Positions 45,510 through 52,235 of a DNA stretch of 64,000 nucleotides are shown here, piece by piece (position 1 is the first letter of the stretch; each line of letters begins with the position of its first letter). Source of the DNA: Flavobacteriaceae bacterium (lineage in GTDB: Bacteria; Bacteroidota; Bacteroidia; Flavobacteriales; Flavobacteriaceae); NCBI GenBank assembly GCA_030683815.1, contig JAUXPJ010000018.1, forward strand, positions 55,410 through 119,409, read 5' to 3'. The notes beneath the pieces are model-generated. The model worked only from the letters and a program-made list of their open reading frames with translations, was not told the origin of the DNA and made no database searches. The translations under genes and the position numbers were made by a program.

Positions 45510-46820
45510 TTAGTTTTGATCGTTTGCTGATTCAGTAATACCTCTTTCATCTAAGGTGCGTTGTATTGGAATTACCGGAATAAAACGCATTAAAAAAGTG
45601 ATAATTAAAAGTGCCATAGCTAAAGTAGCTCCTGTTATTAACCATTCATGGATTGATGGAACGTAATGATGCCAACTTTCTGGAACTCCTTGCATAGGGA
45701 GAAAAGGATGTAACATTGAAGGCGTAACTATTACATAACGTTTTGCCCAAGAAGTTACCACTACTAATACTGCGATGATAAACATCGGTAATGGTTTTCT
45801 CATTTTCCTGAACATCAGCAAAGTAGATGGTATAATTAATCCACCAACAGTTACAAACCAAAACATCCAAGAAAAGTGTCCAAAGAACATTTCCATAAGG
45901 TGATCTGCTTCTAATTGTGTTGTTTTAAACGCAGGAATTAGGTATTCATTGATATTAAAATACAGGTAAACTAAACAAGAGAATACCAATAATCGACCCA
46001 TTTTATCGAAGTGTTTTTCGGTGATATAATCGTGCATATTGTAAAATTTTCTAACTATATAAACCGTTGCTATCAAAGCACCGGTACCTGCAACAAATGC
46101 TCCTGCAATAAAGTACGGACCAAAATTAGAACTGTCCCAACCAATGCGATAGGTGGTTGAAAATAACCAAGCATCAATGGTCTGTAATTGTAAAGCCAAA
46201 GGTATCATTGTAATCGCTAAAACCTGAATTGATTTTTGGTGAATCTTAATTTGTTGTTCAGTTCCTTTCCAATTAATGGCTAAAATTCCGTACAGTTTTC
46301 TTAAAAATGGTTTATCGTGATTTAACTTTTTAAGGATAGCAAAATCTGGAATACTTGGAATATAAAGTAATAAAACACTAAAAGTTAAATAAATCATTAT
46401 TATCAATACATCCCACGTAATAGGTGATTGTAATCTTGGATGTAAAAATAAGTTAGGGATTCTATCTGGCCTTCCCATATCTAAAATAATGGTAACACCA
46501 GCCATTGCTATAGAAGCTACCGCTACTATTTCAGCAATTCTAACAAGCGATGTACGCCATTTTTTTTTGGTCAATCTTAGTATAGAAGCTGTAAGGGCTC
46601 CCACAAAACTAGTAGCCACAAAAAATACGAAGTTAGAAATATAAACACCCCACAATGCATAATCGCGTAGGTTAGTTACTTCCATACCTCTCATAATTTG
46701 ATCTATATAAGCTATGATACCCGCAACGGTTACCATACACAATATTGCTATCCAAATAATTCCAATTCTACTGAATTGTTTTGGAGTTAAATCATTGACT
46801 ATTTTGTTATATGTACTCAT
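45510..46820 (-). CDS. NrfD/PsrC-family polytopic membrane protein (quinone-interacting subunit)
   Basis: 436 aa with about 10 TM helices, size and topology of polysulfide reductase NrfD-type subunits; starts 2 nt after the FeS gene stop. Confidence 0.8.
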   Translation of the reverse strand: MSTYNKIVNDLTPKQFSRIGIIWIAILCMVTVAGIIAYIDQIMRGMEVTNLRDYALWGVYISNFVFFVATSFVGALTASILRLTKKKWRTSLVRIAEIVAVASIAMAGVTIILDMGRPDRIPNLFLHPRLQSPITWDVLIIMIYLTFSVLLLYIPSIPDFAILKKLNHDKPFLRKLYGILAINWKGTEQQIKIHQKSIQVLAITMIPLALQLQTIDAWLFSTTYRIGWDSSNFGPYFIAGAFVAGTGALIATVYIVRKFYNMHDYITEKHFDKMGRLLVFSCLVYLYFNINEYLIPAFKTTQLEADHLMEMFFGHFSWMFWFVTVGGLIIPSTLLMFRKMRKPLPMFIIAVLVVVTSWAKRYVIVTPSMLHPFLPMQGVPESWHHYVPSIHEWLITGATLAMALLIITFLMRFIPVIPIQRTLDERGITESANDQN

Positions 46821-46822
46821 AA

Positions 46823-47773
46823 TTATTTAGTTTCAGTATTAGATGATGAAGTGTATTTTACTTGATCATAACTAAAGTCGGCTTCATCAAAATCAACCAA
46901 ACGATCTACAGGAGGTAAATAATACACACTGGGTGATGTTCCTAAACCTTCTAACAATCTATAGCCAGCTTTATCTTTAATCAGTTTACTAAATTTCACA
47001 GTTTCATCTCCATTTGTTACGGTGTCTTCATAAATGTCTCCAAAATAGAAAACTCCTTGAGGACAAGCAGTAACGCAATGTGGTAATTCACCTTTTGCGG
47101 TTGCATGAGGACAAAAATCACACTTATCTACCGTTCCAACTTGGCTTGGTAAACCGCCAAAGTCTGGGGTGTATTCATATCCTTCTTCTAGTTGAGGTTG
47201 TTTAGGATCGCCCCAATTAAATACGCGAACTGAATATGGACAAGCAGCCATACAGAAACGACATCCTATACAACGTTCATTGTCAATTAAAACGATACCA
47301 TCACGACGCTTAAAAGTAGCATCAACCGGACAAACCGTCACACATGGAGGCTTATCACAATGTTGACAAAGTACTGGCTGCCAATATGGTGAAGTTTGGT
47401 TTGTATTCTGCATTTTATATACTTTCAACCAAGCGTTAGGTGTGGTAATATGATGTTCTTTATTACAAGAGTCAACACACTTTAATGCATTTTTACATTT
47501 CGCCAAGTCAATTACCATTACAAATTTTCGACCTGGAAAACCTTCACGAACCTTATATTCAGCAGAATGACTTGCGTGATTTACTTTTTGAATAGCATTT
47601 GAATCAACTTCAACTACTTTTCCGTCTTGCGTTAAAACTTTAACTTTTTCTCCTTCTTGAGCTGTAGCATCTGCCAATTTAACCGCAATAGCTCCGCCTA
47701 CTACGCCCATTAAGCCAAGTTTTAAGCTTTTATCAAGAAAACTTCTTCTTGAATTTACCTCTTTTTTATCCAT
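46823..47773 (-). CDS. Tat-exported 4Fe-4S ferredoxin-type subunit (NrfC/PsrB/HybA-like)
   Basis: Twin-arginine signal SRRSFLDKSLKLGLMGVVGG and four Cys clusters (CKNALKCVDSC, CQHCDKPPCVTVCP, CIGCRFCMAACP, CDFCPH...CVTACP). Confidence 0.9.
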   Translation of the reverse strand: MDKKEVNSRRSFLDKSLKLGLMGVVGGAIAVKLADATAQEGEKVKVLTQDGKVVEVDSNAIQKVNHASHSAEYKVREGFPGRKFVMVIDLAKCKNALKCVDSCNKEHHITTPNAWLKVYKMQNTNQTSPYWQPVLCQHCDKPPCVTVCPVDATFKRRDGIVLIDNERCIGCRFCMAACPYSVRVFNWGDPKQPQLEEGYEYTPDFGGLPSQVGTVDKCDFCPHATAKGELPHCVTACPQGVFYFGDIYEDTVTNGDETVKFSKLIKDKAGYRLLEGLGTSPSVYYLPPVDRLVDFDEADFSYDQVKYTSSSNTETK

Positions 47774-47882
47774 ATCAGTTATGTTTTAAACCTTTTGTGG
47801 CGGTTGTTTTAAAATTAAAGTAGCATACCAATTCTACGAATCTTCACAGAATAGATATGCTACCAATTGTATTAATGAACTA

Positions 47883-48734
47883 TTAGAAATTATATCTACG
47901 CGTGATGGTAAACCCTAACATAAAATCACCTTTAAAGAAATCATTTTGGTTACTGAATTGACTTCTTTGATTTAAGATTCCTTTATAATTAGTGAAATAT
48001 AGTTGAAATGCGTGTGCACTGGTTGCAAACTCCACTCCTAAACTTACACCCGGTTTCGGAGTTCCCTGTTCAAACTCGGTAATCGGTTGTGTGTAATCAA
48101 ACAAGACGGCTGTTTGCGGGCTGATTTTGTAACGGCCCCCGGCAGATACTGCAATCAAATCATTTTCTTGTGTTGGCAAAACCAGATTGTAATGCGCTGC
48201 ACTTGGAGCTACTTGCAGGGATAAATTGGCGTTCACCCTTCTTGAAATAATCAATTGATTAAAATAAGAATAACGATCTTGTACATTTCTGAAATTGTCT
48301 TTGGTTCTGGCATCAACAGCAATGTTTCCATAATAAGAAACATTTACCGGAATGGATCCTGAACGGGTTTGTTTCAATAATGCCACTTTAGCGCTGAAAT
48401 CCTGCATACGGCTGTCTTTGGTGGTTGCTGCCCCTAAAGTGATGTTATCCGTAAAGCTATAGGCCAATCCTATGCGAATGTTGGTTGGCGCCCATAATCC
48501 TAAAAGGTCGTTGGTGCCTCCATCTACCAATCCGAAACGGTGCTGCATGATTACTTCCAAGGTTCCTTTGACAAAGGTAACGTTGGTGTTGTTATCAATA
48601 ATCTGTGAGCTCTCGTAAGCCGCGCGCTCCGGTTTGTCTTTTGGTTTTTCGGTGGTGGTTACTTCATCTTCTTGCGCAAAGGCAAAAACCGGAAGAAAAA
48701 CAAACACCCAAAAAAGTATTTTAATATTTTTCAT
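47883..48734 (-). CDS. Outer-membrane beta-barrel protein (possibly DUF5777-like)
   Basis: Signal peptide MKNIKILFWVFVFLPVFAFAQ, alternating beta-strand pattern, C-terminal aromatic residue (TITRRYNF). Start placed at ATG 48734. Confidence 0.6.
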   Translation of the reverse strand: MKNIKILFWVFVFLPVFAFAQEDEVTTTEKPKDKPERAAYESSQIIDNNTNVTFVKGTLEVIMQHRFGLVDGGTNDLLGLWAPTNIRIGLAYSFTDNITLGAATTKDSRMQDFSAKVALLKQTRSGSIPVNVSYYGNIAVDARTKDNFRNVQDRYSYFNQLIISRRVNANLSLQVAPSAAHYNLVLPTQENDLIAVSAGGRYKISPQTAVLFDYTQPITEFEQGTPKPGVSLGVEFATSAHAFQLYFTNYKGILNQRSQFSNQNDFFKGDFMLGFTITRRYNF

Positions 48735-48753
48735 AATTTTCTGTTTTTTAGTG

Positions 48754-49143
48754 CTATTCGTATTTGGCGTCTGTTTCAATCCATAATTTCATCGTGGCAA
48801 GTTCAGTAGCATTCAGCGTAAATCCCACATTCATGTGACCGCTGGTAGCGCTTCCCGGAGCGAATGTATATAATTTACTGCCTGAAGGATTGTTTTTCAC
48901 TACGTAATTACCAATTAAACCATTGTAGGCTGTTTGCGTATTTCTCATATCAGGAGAGGTGGAACCTCCGTGACAAGTTGTGCAACGCGATAACATCGGA
49001 GCGATATTCGCCTTAAAGGTTACCACCGTTCCCGGAGGAAGCTCTACCGGCTCTTCGAAAACCGGTATTGCTTCGTCATAGTAGCACGAGCGTAAAGACA
49101 ACCCAATGATACCGACGATGAATATTTGAAATATTTTTTTCAT
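48754..49143 (-). CDS. Small haem-binding lipoprotein (single CxxCH, PSCyt1-like context)
   Basis: 129 aa; Cys20 after a hydrophobic leader; FKANIAPMLSRCTTCHGG and C-terminal LATMKLWIETDA resemble the Planctomycete-cytochrome-C-type domain. Confidence 0.6.
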   Translation of the reverse strand: MKKIFQIFIVGIIGLSLRSCYYDEAIPVFEEPVELPPGTVVTFKANIAPMLSRCTTCHGGSTSPDMRNTQTAYNGLIGNYVVKNNPSGSKLYTFAPGSATSGHMNVGFTLNATELATMKLWIETDAKYE

Positions 49144-49179
49144 TTTCTTATCTGGTTTTAAGTTAGTTATGCGTTTTAT

Positions 49180-49220
49180 AAAAAACGTCCGGATTCAGTG
49201 AATAAAACTGAACGTTTTTT
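49180..49220 (-). terminator. Terminator-like hairpin between the hexahaem gene and the rest of the cluster
   Basis: AAAAAACG-TCCGGA-TTCAGT-GAATAAA-ACTGAA-CGTTTTTT: an 8-bp outer and a 6-bp inner stem, U-run on either strand. Confidence 0.5.
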
Positions 49221-49235
49221 AACCTAAAACATTAA

Positions 49236-50426
49236 TTATGGTAGTAATTTAAGATCTGCAACGGTGTTTTTCATCAACGCCTCGGTATATTTTGGGTTGT
49301 GTAAACCGTAAGAATGATCTTGATACACAAATCTCCAGTTCCAATATCCTTTAGTTATTCTAACATCAGCAGCAATTGTAGAATCGTATTGTCTGGTTGC
49401 TATAACCGTTAACTGATTGGCAGAAAAAGCAGCATCCGTAAATACATTAGGTGCCGTGAATGGTTTTGTACCTGTATAGTTAGCAATTCTGAAATCAGCA
49501 GGACGAAGTCTTACCATTTCTTCTGCTAATTCTAACATTAAGTTTTTAATTTTGGTTTGTCCGCCATTAATGTTATAGTTTACAACACCGGCTCCGGTAT
49601 GGCAGGTTTTGCAATTGTCTAAAACAGGAACAAACGTATGATTTCCTTTACCGTCTTTTGCTTTACCCATATGGCATTGAACACAAGAAGCACCTGTTCT
49701 ATGAACGGCAGTTCCTTTAGCTGGATAAGCAACAGTACCGGCAACCTCTGATGCGAAAATACCTTCTAACATGGCAGACTGAACGCCATAGTGAGGTCCG
49801 GTAGATGAAGACAATGCGATTTTACCAATATTAGTTCCCGAAGTAGCCGGAGCTAAACCGGTTACATCCGTTCTTCTTGGTTGATGACAATGTACACAAG
49901 CGTTGCTATTGTCTTTGTAATCAATAATTACATCAGCACCAGCTGCAGTTTTTTGATTTAATTTGTAGAAACCAGCACTTCTTAAGGCCGCATCTTTTCC
50001 GCTGATAGCCAACGCTGCGGAAGCATGTCCACCGGAGTGGCAAGTTGTACAATTGAAAATCGTTTGTGTAGTTGCCGTAGTGGTAAAAGTGGTGGTAATA
50101 TCTCCCGTTGCATAGGATGCTTTATACCCTTCATCTGAGTGGCAATTCAAACAAGAATTGTTACGACCAGGAAGTGCTGCACCTAAGGCGTGATCAGAAA
50201 CTGCATAAGTAGCAGGTTGTACTACTTTGAAATCTACATTGTGGCAAGATAAACATACGTTACCGCCATCAATACCATTAGTACCATTGGTACCATTGAT
50301 ACCATTTACGCCTGTTGCTCCTTGTGCTCCGGCAGGTCCGGGAATTGGATCATCACTAGTACATTGTACAAGGGTTAAACTTATCGCTATCACAAATAAG
50401 CCCTTCAAAAAATTCAATTTTTCCAT
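49236..50426 (-). CDS. Hexahaem c-type cytochrome lipoprotein with collagen-like Gly-X-Y N-terminal stalk
   Basis: Six CxxCH motifs (CLSCH, CLNCH, CTTCH, CVHCH, CVQCH, CKTCH); leader ending LVQC; GPAGAQGATGVNGINGTNGTNGIDG directly after the Cys. Confidence 0.85.
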   Translation of the reverse strand: MEKLNFLKGLFVIAISLTLVQCTSDDPIPGPAGAQGATGVNGINGTNGTNGIDGGNVCLSCHNVDFKVVQPATYAVSDHALGAALPGRNNSCLNCHSDEGYKASYATGDITTTFTTTATTQTIFNCTTCHSGGHASAALAISGKDAALRSAGFYKLNQKTAAGADVIIDYKDNSNACVHCHQPRRTDVTGLAPATSGTNIGKIALSSSTGPHYGVQSAMLEGIFASEVAGTVAYPAKGTAVHRTGASCVQCHMGKAKDGKGNHTFVPVLDNCKTCHTGAGVVNYNINGGQTKIKNLMLELAEEMVRLRPADFRIANYTGTKPFTAPNVFTDAAFSANQLTVIATRQYDSTIAADVRITKGYWNWRFVYQDHSYGLHNPKYTEALMKNTVADLKLLP

Positions 50427-50997
50427 AATTAATAGGTATTAGGTTTCTTTTTTTAATGTTTTTAATAAACTTATGCTAAATTTAAGCATTATTTAATCAT
50501 TTAAAATATGACAAAAATCATCTTTTTAAAAAATTTTACTTGTTGTTTATCAGGTATTTAGCTTTTTTTTAGTACTTAATTAAATTGATTCTAAATACTA
50601 CAATGTCAATTTTGTTACATAAGCGCATTTTTTTGCAATAATTGTTACTTATTTGGGCGACTATAATGTTGGAATATTGGAATGTTTAAAGTTTTCTCAC
50701 GTTTTGTTCTCAGTTGTCATACTGTTTTCGACTTATCGGGAGAAATATTTCTACATACAAGATGCGGTTCCTCTCTATGTCCGGAAATCGACGATTCGAC
50801 GAAGTTAATGACAAAACAATTGAAAATGAAAAGTTTCTTTTTAAAAGTTCTCGACACTTGATACGGGATACATAATACCCGCTTATGGAGAATTCCTCAA
50901 TGAACTTCTAACTACTCAATTCTAAATTCAAAATTTTTCATTATCAATTATCAATTATCAATTGATTAGTTCTTATTTTTGACAAAAAAAACAACTC

Positions 50998-52176
50998 ATG
51001 GCACAAGATTTATTTCAAGCACCGGATTATTATTTCTTAGATGATTTATTATCCGAAGAACATAAACTAGTAAGAGAAGCAACTCGCGAATGGGTAAAAA
51101 GATCTGTAACTCCAATTATTGAAGAAGCTGCGCAAAAAGCAGAATTTCCTACTTCTATTATTAATGGTCTAGCCGAAATTGGCGCTTTCGGACCTTATAT
51201 TCCTGAAGAATATGGAGGAGCCGGATTAGACCAAATTAGCTACGGACTCATTATGCAAGAAATTGAACGAGGTGATTCTGGCGTACGTTCTACGGCATCA
51301 GTACAATCATCCTTAGTAATGTATCCTATTTACAAATTTGGTTCAGAAGAACAAAAAAGAAAATACTTACCTAAATTAGCTAGTGGTGAATTGATGGGAT
51401 GTTTTGGATTGACAGAACCCAACCATGGATCCAATCCGGGCGGAATGGAAACCAAAATAAAAGATATAGGCGACCATTATTTATTGAATGGTGCTAAAAT
51501 GTGGATTTCTAATGCACCTTTTGCTGATATCTCCATAGTTTGGGCAAAAAATGAAGAAGGAAGAATTAAAGGATTGATTGTAGAACGCGGTATGGAAGGA
51601 TTTACCACTCCGGAAACCCACAATAAATGGTCTTTACGCGCATCATCAACCGGAGAATTAATTTTTGACAATGTAAAAATTCCAAAAGATTATATTTTAC
51701 CCAATAAAGACGGGCTGGGAGCTCCGTTACAATGTCTGGATTCTGCTCGTTACGGTATAGCTTGGGGCGCTATTGGCGCTGCGATGGATTGTTACGATAC
51801 TGCGTTGCGTTATTCAAAAGAACGAATTCAGTTTGGAAAACCTATTGCATCGTTTCAATTGCAACAAAAGAAATTAGCCGAAATGATTACTGAAATTACC
51901 AAAGCGCAGTTTTTAACCTTCAGATTGGGGCAATTACGCAATGAAGGTCGCGCAACCTCAGCGCATATTTCTATGGCAAAACGCAATAATGTTGATATGG
52001 CTTTAAACATTGCCCGAGAAGCACGTCAAGTTTTAGGAGCTATGGGAATTACCGGCGAATACTCTATTATGCGACATATGATGAATTTAGAAAGTGTGAT
52101 TACGTATGAAGGAACACACGATATTCATTTGCTGATAACTGGCTTTGATATAACCGGAATACCCGCTTTTCAATAA
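50998..52176 (+). CDS. Acyl-CoA dehydrogenase (glutaryl-CoA dehydrogenase-like)
   Basis: 392 aa; ACAD N/M/C domain pattern, GCFGLTEPNHGSNP and YEGTHDIH motifs. Confidence 0.9.
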   Translation: MAQDLFQAPDYYFLDDLLSEEHKLVREATREWVKRSVTPIIEEAAQKAEFPTSIINGLAEIGAFGPYIPEEYGGAGLDQISYGLIMQEIERGDSGVRSTASVQSSLVMYPIYKFGSEEQKRKYLPKLASGELMGCFGLTEPNHGSNPGGMETKIKDIGDHYLLNGAKMWISNAPFADISIVWAKNEEGRIKGLIVERGMEGFTTPETHNKWSLRASSTGELIFDNVKIPKDYILPNKDGLGAPLQCLDSARYGIAWGAIGAAMDCYDTALRYSKERIQFGKPIASFQLQQKKLAEMITEITKAQFLTFRLGQLRNEGRATSAHISMAKRNNVDMALNIAREARQVLGAMGITGEYSIMRHMMNLESVITYEGTHDIHLLITGFDITGIPAFQ

Positions 52177-52196
52177 ATCTTCTTTTAATATTGAAT

Positions 52197-52225
52197 AAAA
52201 AATGAAGCTTTGGCTTCATTTTTTA
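52197..52225. terminator. Bidirectional intrinsic terminator between the acyl-CoA dehydrogenase and TonB-dependent receptor genes
   Basis: AAAA-AATGAAGC-TTTG-GCTTCATT-TTTTT. Confidence 0.75.
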
Positions 52226-52235
52226 TTTTATAAAT

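Noticed and set aside
44658-50426. Interpreting the cytochrome/FeS/NrfD cluster as Alternative Complex III, Nrf nitrite reductase, polysulfide/thiosulfate/tetrathionate reductase or a clade II nos accessory module
   Set aside because: The FeS protein is only 316 aa, with no ActB-like fused molybdopterin-type domain. There is no ActDEF-like set, no molybdopterin subunit and no CxxCK haem of NrfA. NosGH are NapGH-like rather than NrfCD-like, and no nosZ is present. None of the known architectures fits, so the cluster stays as a finding.
50941-50961. Short-period tandem words (TTATCAA x3, TTAGATAA x2, GGAATTA x2, AGCAATA x2) as possible CRISPR or minisatellite arrays
   Set aside because: The units are 7-8 nt with 2-3 copies and no spacers, far from CRISPR repeat-spacer geometry. 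They are reported only as operator-like or mosaic-repeat features.
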